A stretch of 64,000 nt of DNA, from sequence record MT612989.1; one strand, given 5' to 3'. Position 1 is the first letter of the stretch, and every line of letters starts with the position of its first letter. A model generated the notes under the pieces. The model searched no databases, had not been told where the DNA came from, and was given only the letters and a program-made list of their open reading frames with translations. Of this stretch, positions 35,831-45,087 are shown piece by piece. A program made the translations under genes and the position numbers.

Positions 35831-36069
35831 TAAATTTCTCTCATTTTAGAAATGTTTTGCCAGAATTTCGTTTGCTCGATTTTACATATGATAAACAGAA
35901 TAAACATAACAATTGACACTAGTAGTGTACCGATAAACCCATATAACATGATCATAATCATGGGTATATTGTATGTTCGTTCGAATATTATATGCAGACC
36001 CGTGAAAATTGCGATAATGTTTGAAATTACAAACGTGATAATGAACATAAGAAATAAAAATTCGCCCAT
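35830..36069 (-). CDS. 2-TM membrane protein
   Basis: Two long hydrophobic segments. Confidence 0.7.
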   Translation of the reverse strand: MGEFLFLMFIITFVISNIIAIFTGLHIIFERTYNIPMIMIMLYGFIGTLLVSIVMFILFIICKIEQTKFWQNISKMREI

Positions 36070-36073
36070 GAGA

Positions 36074-36466
36074 TTAACCCTCGTACTTGTATGTGTAATC
36101 TGGTGTTGGTCGAATGAAGTCTCGACCCTCGCGTTGACCTGCTAGCCAAATTTCTTGAGCACAATCCTCGCAGTAATACGCTCTCATTGCAACGTTATAA
36201 GAGCTTGCGCCGGGCTTTTGGCACTGAGTTACATTACAGTCGCCGCCTTTCTTGCCTTTGCGCTCATTGCGTTTCGCAAGGTCAATCATTGCTTCGTGAC
36301 GTTCGCGAGTGTCTAGACGATCAATGCGCTCACGTTCGTGCATACGATCCATGATTTCAACTTGCTTCTTCGCAGTTTCTTGCATTCGATTCCACTCTTT
36401 ATCATAGTCGCGTGGCTTGTTTTTCTTTACTTTACGCAATTTGCCGTTGATTACTTGATATGCCAT
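36074..36466 (-). CDS. Hypothetical protein with C-terminal Cys cluster
   Basis: KGKKGGDCNVTQC...YYCEDCA. Confidence 0.7.
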   Translation of the reverse strand: MAYQVINGKLRKVKKNKPRDYDKEWNRMQETAKKQVEIMDRMHERERIDRLDTRERHEAMIDLAKRNERKGKKGGDCNVTQCQKPGASSYNVAMRAYYCEDCAQEIWLAGQREGRDFIRPTPDYTYKYEG

Positions 36467-36468
36467 GA

Positions 36469-37164
36469 TTAAGCTCCGTATGCTTCAATTAGTTGTTGGC
36501 GTTTTGCTTGGCGACGTTTCTCTTCTTTCGCTCGCTTCTTAGCAAGAATATCGTTGATTCGAGAACTCACGAGATTTGAAATTGCACTGCAAAGTGCTTT
36601 CTCTTCGTTATTGGTAAACACGTTTGCAGGCGTCGCGAGACGCATCAATTCGCCAGTATAGCGAAAATCTTGATACTTCACAACGAATTTCACATCAGTA
36701 TCACGATCAATTAGCACAATTGAATCATTATTCTCACTAACACACATTTCATTGTTGACGTACTTTGCAACGTGAAAACGCTTCGGTTTATTCAGCATCT
36801 TGTCGATGATTGCAAGGGTCGGCTCTTCAACACCATAGTCGTAATCAAGATACGTCTTAGTCACGTAATTTGCGTATTCAGCTTTGCGCTTTATAATTTC
36901 TTTCGCTACGCTCGACCAAGTACCTTCGATTTTATCACAATCATCACGAACATCATGAGACCAATAAGAACGTCCGTACTCAGATGCATGTCGCTTACTC
37001 ACGAACATAACAAATCGTAGTTTGCGTAGATGTGTGTCAGTCAGATAACCGAGAAGTGGTTTACCATTTGAACCTTTAATTTTAAAGGCGTCTAGATTCA
37101 CAGACGGCTTTTGAAGCTCATCATGGAAGATGTCGTACACATATTTGCGAGCTGCATTAGTCAT
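36469..37164 (-). CDS. Hypothetical protein
   Basis: ORF track; first gene after promoter. Confidence 0.75.
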   Translation of the reverse strand: MTNAARKYVYDIFHDELQKPSVNLDAFKIKGSNGKPLLGYLTDTHLRKLRFVMFVSKRHASEYGRSYWSHDVRDDCDKIEGTWSSVAKEIIKRKAEYANYVTKTYLDYDYGVEEPTLAIIDKMLNKPKRFHVAKYVNNEMCVSENNDSIVLIDRDTDVKFVVKYQDFRYTGELMRLATPANVFTNNEEKALCSAISNLVSSRINDILAKKRAKEEKRRQAKRQQLIEAYGA

Positions 37165-37194
37165 AGTGTTCTCTCTTTCGTTTCGATGCGATAG

Positions 37195-37223
37195 ATATTA
37201 ACCTAAATAAGTAATACAGTCAA
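37195..37223. promoter_or_regulatory. Divergent overlapping early (-) and late-like (+) promoters
   Basis: Minus TTGACT-N17-TAATAT; plus CCTAAATA at 37202-37209 in its spacer. Confidence 0.7.
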
Positions 37224-37241
37224 CCGAATTCGAGAAAAAAG

Positions 37242-38297
37242 ATGATTATTTTTGAAAGCGTTCAATCGCAGCGTGCATTAGAGTACGCATCTAAGTTTAT
37301 CGTCGATAAGCTTGAAACACAATTAGAAGCTGCTCTGAGTAGCCCACCATTCGACCCGAACAAACTCGCACTTAATACCAAGAATCTGAACATCAAAACT
37401 GGTGAAACTGAGTTCGATGCGCTTCTTGCGCGTGGTATCGTTGCTTATCTTAAACTTGATAACCAAAACCCAACCGAAATGGGTGTTTGGCGCGGTGCTT
37501 TACACGACCCAGAAGCAGGTGAAGCAGGGAACTTGCAAATCACCGTTGATATAACCGGTGTCACTGCGGTGAGTCAGATTATGGCTAAGTTTAGAGTCGA
37601 GAAAGAACAGATGTACAGCACTACATTACATGAACTTCAACATGCTTATGATAACTGGCGTTCTGGTGATATAGAAGACTTCGAGACACGCGACGAAGAG
37701 GGTGTATATCAACACTCAGGGCGTAATAGAGCTTATATCGATAAAGAGTTCATTCGACATGCTAAAGCAGGTCACAAAGCGACACACGACGAATATCAGA
37801 ACTATTCGCACGAGATAAACGCTCGTTATGCACAAGCGATTGCAGATACTAAAGCAGATTTTAAAAATTCACCAGCCACTGCTCAAGCATGGATTAATCG
37901 ATTTAAACACAACTTTGATGGGTGGGACAATATACCAGAAGAGTCTAAGAAACGATTGATTTCGCGTGCAGGGGCTGAACACAGTGAGTCGAGACAACCG
38001 TTTAAAGGTAAAGAAAGCAGCTTGATGTATGCATTGAAAGGGTTTGATGTGAGATACACCAGAGATAAGAAGTTTAGTAAGATTGGTTATTGGTTCAGTC
38101 AGTTTAAATACGACGGTCGTAATTCTAGCGAATTGCTAGATAAACTTGAATTACTAGCACATAAAACTGAAGGTGTAGTTGCACTACCACTTGATGATAT
38201 ACGAGCAAACTCAGCATTATTCGCTGAAATGCGTAATCGTATGAATCTAGGTTCATGGGAACGAATGGGTTCTAATCATATGATCTACCGACCATAA
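37242..38297 (+). CDS. Zincin-like metallopeptidase-domain protein, probably late
   Basis: LHELQHAYD (HExxH) plus downstream HEINAR; late-like promoter. Confidence 0.75.
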   Translation: MIIFESVQSQRALEYASKFIVDKLETQLEAALSSPPFDPNKLALNTKNLNIKTGETEFDALLARGIVAYLKLDNQNPTEMGVWRGALHDPEAGEAGNLQITVDITGVTAVSQIMAKFRVEKEQMYSTTLHELQHAYDNWRSGDIEDFETRDEEGVYQHSGRNRAYIDKEFIRHAKAGHKATHDEYQNYSHEINARYAQAIADTKADFKNSPATAQAWINRFKHNFDGWDNIPEESKKRLISRAGAEHSESRQPFKGKESSLMYALKGFDVRYTRDKKFSKIGYWFSQFKYDGRNSSELLDKLELLAHKTEGVVALPLDDIRANSALFAEMRNRMNLGSWERMGSNHMIYRP

Positions 38298-38322
38298 AAA
38301 GGGGCTTTCGCCCCTTTTTTTA
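38296..38322. terminator. Bidirectional intrinsic terminator
   Basis: A5-GGGGC-TTTC-GCCCC-T8. Confidence 0.88.
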
Positions 38323-38940
38323 TTCTTCATCGCAAATTGTATATGCTTCATCTTCGACGACCATGTGATATGTCCATCTGATTTCTCGTTCAGCGTATAG
38401 CAAGTTATCCACAAGAAATCCACAGCCATGTGATGCACGATGCCAGTCGTTGTATGGTTTGTCAGGTCGAACGTCTTCCCAGTAAGATTCTCGCTTGAAT
38501 ACTAACGAGTCATCTCGAAGATCTTCATAACCGAATTTCCAATTGTGGTCGCGAAGCGTATCAAGACCTTCAACTTCCCAATCGCGATGATCCCCGAAGT
38601 CCCAACCTTCGCGCTTCACACCGTGTGACTCAACACACTTACAGAGTGGGATGTCCCCAGTCTTTTTGTTGACGATAGCAACAACTACGCCACGTTCAAA
38701 GCACGATACTACGTTTTTGATGATCAGAACGTCGTGTTCTTCTTTGTATTTCACATACGCTGGCTCGATTGATACATATACATCAGCATCACCATACCAG
38801 ATTTCTTTATTGTACCCGATTTTCAATTTCACATGTTCGTAAATTGAAAGAATATTCGGCTTCATTGCTTCATTTACGATGCGAGTGTAAACCTTGTTGT
38901 TAATTTGATTCAACTCTCGCAATGTTTGTTCAACGTTCAT
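38320..38940 (-). CDS. Hypothetical protein
   Basis: ORF track, 206 aa. Confidence 0.7.
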   Translation of the reverse strand: MNVEQTLRELNQINNKVYTRIVNEAMKPNILSIYEHVKLKIGYNKEIWYGDADVYVSIEPAYVKYKEEHDVLIIKNVVSCFERGVVVAIVNKKTGDIPLCKCVESHGVKREGWDFGDHRDWEVEGLDTLRDHNWKFGYEDLRDDSLVFKRESYWEDVRPDKPYNDWHRASHGCGFLVDNLLYAEREIRWTYHMVVEDEAYTICDEE

Positions 38941-38952
38941 GTATTCTCTCTA

Positions 38953-39330
38953 TTAGCTATTGTAAAAGAATAGCCCATCTAGTGTTTTAACTGATTCTTC
39001 ATTGAAGAACCATGCGATTGCGTCTTCACGACGCTTAAAGCGTTTCATGTATGATGAATTGTCTGTACCGTAAAGCACAATTAACCACTCATAACCTTTA
39101 TGGATTCGCTTCTGTTCGCGTTCTTCTTCATCTGAGCGTGTCGCTTGTTGCTCAGAGTCGAATAAATGGACAGCGCACCAGCGATGGTCACTCTCAGGTA
39201 CGTACATTCCCCAAGAATCGCTGGGCGCTGTAATCGGCATGAATCCCAAGAATATCGTACCTTGCACGAATTGAGAACTCATGTAATTAACCATGTTCAT
39301 AAAACGATTGGTCGAATATTTGTGTAACAT
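38953..39330 (-). CDS. Hypothetical protein
   Basis: ORF track; promoter GTTTAT-N17-TATAAT at 39345-39373. Confidence 0.7.
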   Translation of the reverse strand: MLHKYSTNRFMNMVNYMSSQFVQGTIFLGFMPITAPSDSWGMYVPESDHRWCAVHLFDSEQQATRSDEEEREQKRIHKGYEWLIVLYGTDNSSYMKRFKRREDAIAWFFNEESVKTLDGLFFYNS

Positions 39331-39374
39331 AACATGCTTACTCTATTATAAGAAAAACACAGCAAAGATAAACA

Positions 39375-39998
39375 TCATTTGCGAAGTTTTTTAATGATTT
39401 TGTCGATTTCGCCGACGTTTTCTTTCCACGACAGAACCCCACGAGCGTAGAATTTTTCTGTGTCAGAAGAATCTTCAGTGAGTTCATAAGGCGTCGCATT
39501 GACAATGCAATCTCTGAAGTACTCAAGCTGCTCGATTGTGTCATCGTATTTCGATTTCTCGAAATCATACATCGGGATATAACGACGCGAGCCACCCCAT
39601 GCATACACCTCAAGTCGTGTTAAATCGGGTTGAATTTTGTATGCTTCGTCAATGTTGCACAGACGTTCGATTGTTCGCTCGTCTTCTGTCATATGAGATT
39701 CTAAACGCTTCTTCAACTTTTCTGTTGCTTCGGGGTACTCATCACCGATTTCTTTAATCACACGAGCACACCACCCAAGTCTATAATCTGAAGAGTCTTT
39801 CACATGTTGAATAATCTCTTCACGCGATAAACGTGTAGGCTCTTTGACTTGCCGAGTCTCGAAATCCATGATATAACCATCTTTGAGAGTAATCCCATTA
39901 CCGTTCGTAGCGAAAAGATGATCTAGTACTGAAAATCGAGTCGGGAAAATCGTGTGATATTCTTGCATCACGTGTTTAATGTAGTCAGCTAATAACAT
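39375..39998 (-). CDS. Hypothetical protein
   Basis: Start reassigned to MLLADY; YPTRFSVLDHLF-like motif. Confidence 0.7.
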   Translation of the reverse strand: MLLADYIKHVMQEYHTIFPTRFSVLDHLFATNGNGITLKDGYIMDFETRQVKEPTRLSREEIIQHVKDSSDYRLGWCARVIKEIGDEYPEATEKLKKRLESHMTEDERTIERLCNIDEAYKIQPDLTRLEVYAWGGSRRYIPMYDFEKSKYDDTIEQLEYFRDCIVNATPYELTEDSSDTEKFYARGVLSWKENVGEIDKIIKKLRK

Positions 39999-39999
39999 C

Positions 40000-40272
40000 T
40001 TAATTCTCTCTAATTTCAAATTCAATTTCACCAATCTCGTCACCAAACTCACTCTGTAGTTTCTCGATGACGAATTCTTGATACTTTTCTAATTCAAGCG
40101 TTTCGTCGTCAAACTTCTCGAAAAAGATGCTCACGCCTTGTGTAAAGGGCATAAACACACCGTGTACGTCGTCTCGATCAATAGATGCTTCGATTCGGTC
40201 GAGCGTTTCATCAACGTCATAATTCTCGTCGTGAATGTTGATGAATATTTCTGTTAAGACATTAATGTTCAT
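40000..40272 (-). CDS. Highly acidic hypothetical protein
   Basis: Start reassigned to MNINVL downstream of promoter. Confidence 0.7.
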   Translation of the reverse strand: MNINVLTEIFINIHDENYDVDETLDRIEASIDRDDVHGVFMPFTQGVSIFFEKFDDETLELEKYQEFVIEKLQSEFGDEIGEIEFEIREN

Positions 40273-40302
40273 ATTATTCTCTTTTTCGTTTTCGATAAAG
40301 CT

Positions 40303-40340
40303 ATAATACAAAAAAGGGCTGACATCTGTCAACCCTTTTT
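40303..40340 (-). promoter_or_regulatory. Composite terminator/early promoter cassette
   Basis: GGGTTGAC-AGAT-GTCAGCCC-T6 (same hairpin as at 1172); TTGACA-N18-TATTAT. Confidence 0.85.
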
Positions 40341-40345
40341 TAATA

Positions 40346-41797
40346 TTATTCTTCGTCTTCGTCGTCTTTGTACTCAGATACATCAACGCCGTTTTCTTCA
40401 GCAAGCTCAATAAGTGCTTCATCAAATGACGGACCGAAGTTACCATTTATAGCGTATTCAAACACCTCTTCTTGATATGGATCTGAGTTATTCATCAAGA
40501 ACTCAGCAGCTTCGCGACCATCTAACCCCAGTACGTTAAATACCGCACCAATTGCAGATTCGCGCACGTCTTCATCATGATCTGCTAGAAGTTCCTCAAC
40601 TCGATAACCTTGTTCGGCTACGTATTGGCGTTCTTCGTAATCATCTGTATCATCGATCATTCTATCCCAGATATCTTCTGCCATATCGCGACCGAATTCA
40701 CTTTCGTAGCGTTTCGCATATGTGATACGTGTGTCTGCATCGTCGTTTGAGAATGACCAATCCCACGCTGTGTCCCGTACATCTTCATCTGAGTCAAGAA
40801 CAAGATCCCAAATACCAAAACCCATGTCCGCAGCTTGTTTACGGTGTTGCCAATCGCCAGATGAAGCAAGTTTATCGCCCATTTCGTAATCTGACTCAAC
40901 TACCGCTGCACGAACGTCTTCGTCATCGTGGAAAATCAGCTCTTCGTGCATCAGACCCCAACTAGCAATACGAACTAGAGTTTGCCAATCTGCGTGTTCA
41001 ATGATTTCATCTTCACGACCTTCATTGATCCATGCTTCGATTTGATATTGATCTGCTTCATCAACAAAATCTTCAAGAGACGGGCCGCCACCAAATGCAG
41101 TGTCGTAGCTGCTAGAACGCTCGTTCTCGTTGGTAAGAGTAAATGAAACTGAACCACTCATACTCATCAACGCTTGGTTAACGTCGCTGTCGCTCATTGA
41201 AAGAATGCTGCGCGTCACGTTCTTACGAACAGAACGGAAATCGTTTGCGCCACCTGCTAGACGTGCAAGCCAGCGGTCGCTAATGTCAGTCGAATAACCA
41301 TATTCTTTACCGAAAGTCAGTGACAGTGCGTAGTAAAGCATTGGACGAGAAATCAAGTCTTTCAATAGCTTTTTCTTGCTTTCTTCATCTAAACGAGTCG
41401 CTTCGCGTCGATTGTTAACAAGTGCGTAGTACTCGTGATTCTTTGGTAGTTCATAAGCTGCGCTGAAGTCATATTCATACGGCTTCATGCCCATTTCTTC
41501 TTCATACGTCTCGGTGAATTCACGTAGAGTCGTCAATACACCAGAGAATACCGCAGCCGCAGAGTGTCCTGCTTTACCTGTCTGAGCATAACCACCTGAG
41601 TTTTGGAATGTAATAGTGAAATAACCAGGGTTGCTTTCTTCAACACCAACTTCAAATCGCTCACCAGCAGCGTCGAATCGCGCTGAAGTCTCGCCCGTCC
41701 CGTTCTCATGACCCCAATCCCAATCAATGTCGATATTCGCACGATCAGAAATCTCATCAAGGCGAACTTCTTGATAAAATTCGTTAAATTGTTTCAT
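40346..41797 (-). CDS. Putative internal protein, paralogue C, with acidic HEAT/LRV-like repeats
   Basis: MKQFNEFYQEVRLDE leader; shared N-terminal domain; repeats L-x-x-D/H-x-D-E-D-V-R. Confidence 0.78.
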   Translation of the reverse strand: MKQFNEFYQEVRLDEISDRANIDIDWDWGHENGTGETSARFDAAGERFEVGVEESNPGYFTITFQNSGGYAQTGKAGHSAAAVFSGVLTTLREFTETYEEEMGMKPYEYDFSAAYELPKNHEYYALVNNRREATRLDEESKKKLLKDLISRPMLYYALSLTFGKEYGYSTDISDRWLARLAGGANDFRSVRKNVTRSILSMSDSDVNQALMSMSGSVSFTLTNENERSSSYDTAFGGGPSLEDFVDEADQYQIEAWINEGREDEIIEHADWQTLVRIASWGLMHEELIFHDDEDVRAAVVESDYEMGDKLASSGDWQHRKQAADMGFGIWDLVLDSDEDVRDTAWDWSFSNDDADTRITYAKRYESEFGRDMAEDIWDRMIDDTDDYEERQYVAEQGYRVEELLADHDEDVRESAIGAVFNVLGLDGREAAEFLMNNSDPYQEEVFEYAINGNFGPSFDEALIELAEENGVDVSEYKDDEDEE

Positions 41798-41825
41798 TTA
41801 ATTAACCTTTTAATGTTGTTTCTTC

Positions 41826-41833
41826 TATTTAGA
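41826..41833 (-). promoter_or_regulatory. Late-promoter-like motif
   Basis: TCTAAATA 29 nt upstream of the 41797 start, just downstream of a terminator. Confidence 0.6.
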
Positions 41834-41840
41834 CAAAACA

Positions 41841-41867
41841 AAAAATCCCGTCTTAACCGACGGGATT
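41841..41867 (-). terminator. Intrinsic terminator
   Basis: AATCCCGTC/GACGGGATT stem followed by a T-run on the minus strand. Confidence 0.8.
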
Positions 41868-41870
41868 TAA

Positions 41871-42269
41871 CTAGATTTGATTGTCAATTTCGAATTCTAA
41901 TTCATCATCATCGAAGAACTCTCGCGCTTTTCGCTTGTACCATTCAATAAACTCGTATGTGTGTTGAATGAATGCATCATCAAGCTCGATTGTTAGATTC
42001 GCAATGTCTTCTTCAGACATACGCGCTTCGAAGTGGTGACGTTCTTCAGCTACGTTCAATACTAGTAAGTCGCCGTAGAAGTGACCAACATACGGGTGCT
42101 CACGTTCTTGTGTTTCAGCTTCAACGATGAAATCAATAAAGTTATCAACGTCGTCGCCAGAAATATTATCACTTACAATTTCAATGACCTGAACACCGAA
42201 GTTATGACCAGCGATTTCAGTTGACTTGATGATATTTGGGTTGAGTAGTACTACATCTAAATCAAGCAT
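41871..42269 (-). CDS. Highly acidic hypothetical protein
   Basis: Start reassigned to MLDLDV (AAGGTGG RBS). Confidence 0.7.
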   Translation of the reverse strand: MLDLDVVLLNPNIIKSTEIAGHNFGVQVIEIVSDNISGDDVDNFIDFIVEAETQEREHPYVGHFYGDLLVLNVAEERHHFEARMSEEDIANLTIELDDAFIQHTYEFIEWYKRKAREFFDDDELEFEIDNQI

Positions 42270-42453
42270 CTGATACCACCTTAATATTTTCAAATCGACG
42301 GTCAAACGCAGCTAGACATGCATCAGCATAGTTTGTTGCAGTTGATGTTTCTTTACAGTCATTTGCGTTCGCAGTATGACACCATGCTTTCAACCACACG
42401 TCGCGTCGTTGCATTTCATGTTCAACTTCGTGTGCGTAAAGTAATTTAGCCAT
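42262..42453 (-). CDS. Hypothetical protein
   Basis: Start reassigned to MAKLLY; RRDVWLKAWC...A motif. Confidence 0.7.
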   Translation of the reverse strand: MAKLLYAHEVEHEMQRRDVWLKAWCHTANANDCKETSTATNYADACLAAFDRRFENIKVVSDA

Positions 42454-42676
42454 TTGTTTTTCCTTTTCCAGAATTTGTGTATAAACCGAATATCGCTGCA
42501 CCTGCACCGACAATAGTCGATACAAATGCAGATTGTGTTGCTGAAGGGTCAGGCAGTGCCATGAACCATATTGCTGTAGTATAAAGCAAGTAGCAATACA
42601 TTGCAACTAAAATTCGAGGGACAATGCGCCACGAGTCGAAAGCTTCAGCAAGTTTTTTATTTGTTTCAAAACTCAT
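42446..42676 (-). CDS. Small 2-TM membrane protein
   Basis: WRIVPRILVAMYCYLLYTTAIWFM and FVSTIVGAGAAIFGLY helices. Confidence 0.75.
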   Translation of the reverse strand: MSFETNKKLAEAFDSWRIVPRILVAMYCYLLYTTAIWFMALPDPSATQSAFVSTIVGAGAAIFGLYTNSGKGKTNG

Positions 42677-42843
42677 TTAGGTAATCTCTTTCTAGCTCGT
42701 TGCCTTATGATCTTATGACGTAGTTTAACACGTTTAGCCTCACTCTTGTCAATCATTTTCGTAATAAAATATACAAATAATGCAATCAATGACAGAATAA
42801 GCAATAAAATCAATGCATTAAACGCAAGTTCGGAAGGGAACAT
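42673..42843 (-). CDS. Small single-TM protein (56 aa, not in ORF track)
   Basis: MFPSELAFNALILLLILSLIALFVYFITKMIDKSEAKRVKLRHK... Confidence 0.6.
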   Translation of the reverse strand: MFPSELAFNALILLLILSLIALFVYFITKMIDKSEAKRVKLRHKIIRQRARKRLPK

Positions 42844-42846
42844 ACA

Positions 42847-43359
42847 TCACCAGTCGATTAATTTATCTTCTTCAAAATGAACAATAACGATTTCTTTACT
42901 ACCGCTTGCACGGTCGATGATATCACGAATAATTTCCCAATCACCACCCGCTAGACCCGCACCAATAAGAGGTAAGTAGATTTTATCGTCATTGCCTTCA
43001 AGATAGCGAACGATACCACGCACAGATTCAGCAATTGCAGAGTATTCAGCGTGTCTCTCTTTCGTACCCATACTGAACTGCGTGTACATGTTGAACACAA
43101 CAGCTTGAGGGACCGTTCCGTGTTCATCAAACAACGCAACCGAGTATTCACCGAGTTTCAGTGGGTCACCTTCACGACCGAAGTCGATATCAGCTTGGTA
43201 AACTTCAGGAAAACGTCGCAACTGACCTGCAATACCAGAACCTTGTCTGATAAAGCAATTACAACCTTGTCCCATGATAAAAGTGCGTTGATGATTAGGG
43301 TTTTCAATCGCGTGAGCGAGAGTGGCGACTAAATCGCCACGAATCTCAGATACAATCAT
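42847..43359 (-). CDS. tk.4: Macro domain protein (T4 Tk.4-like, ADP-ribose processing)
   Basis: QGCNCF..QGSGIAGQL, FNMYTQF, YLPLIGAGLAGGDW. Confidence 0.85.
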   Translation of the reverse strand: MIVSEIRGDLVATLAHAIENPNHQRTFIMGQGCNCFIRQGSGIAGQLRRFPEVYQADIDFGREGDPLKLGEYSVALFDEHGTVPQAVVFNMYTQFSMGTKERHAEYSAIAESVRGIVRYLEGNDDKIYLPLIGAGLAGGDWEIIRDIIDRASGSKEIVIVHFEEDKLIDW

Positions 43360-43916
43360 TAATCAAAACCCCCGCCTGAACTACTTGAGCTGCTATCACT
43401 GCTTGAGTAGCTTGAGCCACTATCGCTCGAACTTGAGTAGCTTGAGCTGCTATCAGAACTACCACCGAATGAGTAACTACCCGGGCTAGACACGCGCTCT
43501 GGTTCGCTGTAACTCGGCTCAGGTGCAGAGTAGCTTGGTTCAGGGCGTGAGCGTGTTGGCTCGTCTTCAGAATACAGACCTACAGGGTCAGTAATCGGGT
43601 TTAGAGGATGCAGCGGATTTGTCACGATGCCATCATCTTCACGACGCTTACGAGAAGTACGCGACAGTGATTGAGTTTTTGGTACATTATGACGCACTGA
43701 ATGAGTCACGCGAGATTTTGCATTGCTTGATGTACCATTCAACGAACGAAGTTCTTTTGCATCGCGGTCACGCAGACGGTCGAGAATGTCAGGGTTTGCT
43801 TGTTCACGCATCGACTTCGCGTTTTCTGCTTTTTGCTTGTCTGCCGCACGTTTGTACATGTAAATTACAAACAATACAAACAAGATTGCCGCTACTGTTA
43901 CTGATAATTCAATCAT
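43359..43916 (-). CDS. Membrane-anchored protein with Ser-rich low-complexity tail
   Basis: N-terminal TM; tail ...SSSDSSSSSSGGGFD. Confidence 0.7.
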   Translation of the reverse strand: MIELSVTVAAILFVLFVIYMYKRAADKQKAENAKSMREQANPDILDRLRDRDAKELRSLNGTSSNAKSRVTHSVRHNVPKTQSLSRTSRKRREDDGIVTNPLHPLNPITDPVGLYSEDEPTRSRPEPSYSAPEPSYSEPERVSSPGSYSFGGSSDSSSSYSSSSDSGSSYSSSDSSSSSSGGGFD

Positions 43917-43926
43917 ATTTTTACCT

Positions 43927-44844
43927 TTAAAAGTTACCTGGTTGTACTTGGAACACTTCAACACCTACTTCACGTAGAGTATTGACTACTTGGTCACGAT
44001 CATCGAACATCACAATAGGACGACGGAAACCGCGTTCTGCTAATTCTAGCAGCAATTCTAGTTTGATTACCCAATCCGGGCGAGAATCGCCTTTCTTGCG
44101 CATTACCAAATCAAAACCACTTGAGTGTGTGAATGGCATGTGCTTAGATAACCAACTGCGCGTATGCTCTTCACAAATACCATCACGACCGCTCATGAAG
44201 ATGATTGGGTAATGAATGCTTAGAAGATCAAGCATTTCGATTACAGTTTCGCGTGGCGAATCTTCTTCGACACGAAGCCATTCAAACGGGCTACGACGAC
44301 CTTTGATACCTTTATGCATTTCAGCAACCGTACCGTCGATGTCTGACAATACACACAAATCAGTACCTGCTTCCCACAGAGGTTCAAGCAGTGATTTGAA
44401 ATGCGCGATAATCAAATCGCGATTGTGTTTGTGATAGTTCTGGAACATAGTTGTTAGAACTTTACCACCGACTGACATTTCACGAGCCTTATCGCGTGCA
44501 AATGCTTCATCGAAAGAGATATGAAATAACTTCTCTTCGTATTCAGCACCTAGCTCTTGTGCGATGTTTCGCCACATTTCGCGACGTTCAGGCACAAGGT
44601 TTGTATCAGAGATAACAACACTCTTACCTTGACGAAGTGCAAGCATAGCTTTGTCTTTGTTGACTTTAGTTACAAGTTCTTCGTTTTGCTTCGTGAATTT
44701 GTATTCGCCCCACTTGAAGGGACCGAACAGTTCTTGACGAGTATCGTCGCGATTGACGTTTACTGCTTTCCCGTTCGCACAGAATTTCTCAGCCCACGTA
44801 GTTTTGCCGGACGCAGGCACACCGACTGTTACAATCAGTTTCAT
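43927..44844 (-). CDS. pseT: Polynucleotide 5'-kinase / 3'-phosphatase
   Basis: GVPASGKTT, NRDDTR, DTNL; HAD module DIDGTV, SGRD, FDDR. Confidence 0.95.
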   Translation of the reverse strand: MKLIVTVGVPASGKTTWAEKFCANGKAVNVNRDDTRQELFGPFKWGEYKFTKQNEELVTKVNKDKAMLALRQGKSVVISDTNLVPERREMWRNIAQELGAEYEEKLFHISFDEAFARDKAREMSVGGKVLTTMFQNYHKHNRDLIIAHFKSLLEPLWEAGTDLCVLSDIDGTVAEMHKGIKGRRSPFEWLRVEEDSPRETVIEMLDLLSIHYPIIFMSGRDGICEEHTRSWLSKHMPFTHSSGFDLVMRKKGDSRPDWVIKLELLLELAERGFRRPIVMFDDRDQVVNTLREVGVEVFQVQPGNF

Positions 44845-44852
44845 ATTTGTCC

Positions 44853-45086
44853 TTATTTCTTGTATCGAGTCACGATAGACTGCGCGATTTCTAGCAATTG
44901 TTTCGTGCGTGTATCTGATAGAGCACCAAATGAATTTAGTTCATTACGCGCTTCTTTAACAACTACGTTGCTAGGCACAGACTCTTCTAGTTCTTCAATC
45001 AGACTTCCAAGCTGAAATACACTACATACACCGTATTGATTGAATTGAATGTTCGCTTCGTTGTATGCTTTTTCAAGCTGCTTCAT
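44853..45086 (-). CDS. Hypothetical protein
   Basis: ORF track. Confidence 0.7.
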   Translation of the reverse strand: MKQLEKAYNEANIQFNQYGVCSVFQLGSLIEELEESVPSNVVVKEARNELNSFGALSDTRTKQLLEIAQSIVTRYKK

Positions 45087-45087
45087 A

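Noticed and set aside
38405-38413. Isolated TTATCCACA DnaA box
   Set aside because: Single copy inside a CDS; about one exact match is expected by chance in 64 kb on both strands.
43375-43560. Short tandem DNA repeats (cttgagctgctatc etc.)
   Set aside because: Explained by the Ser-rich low-complexity tail of the 43359 CDS.
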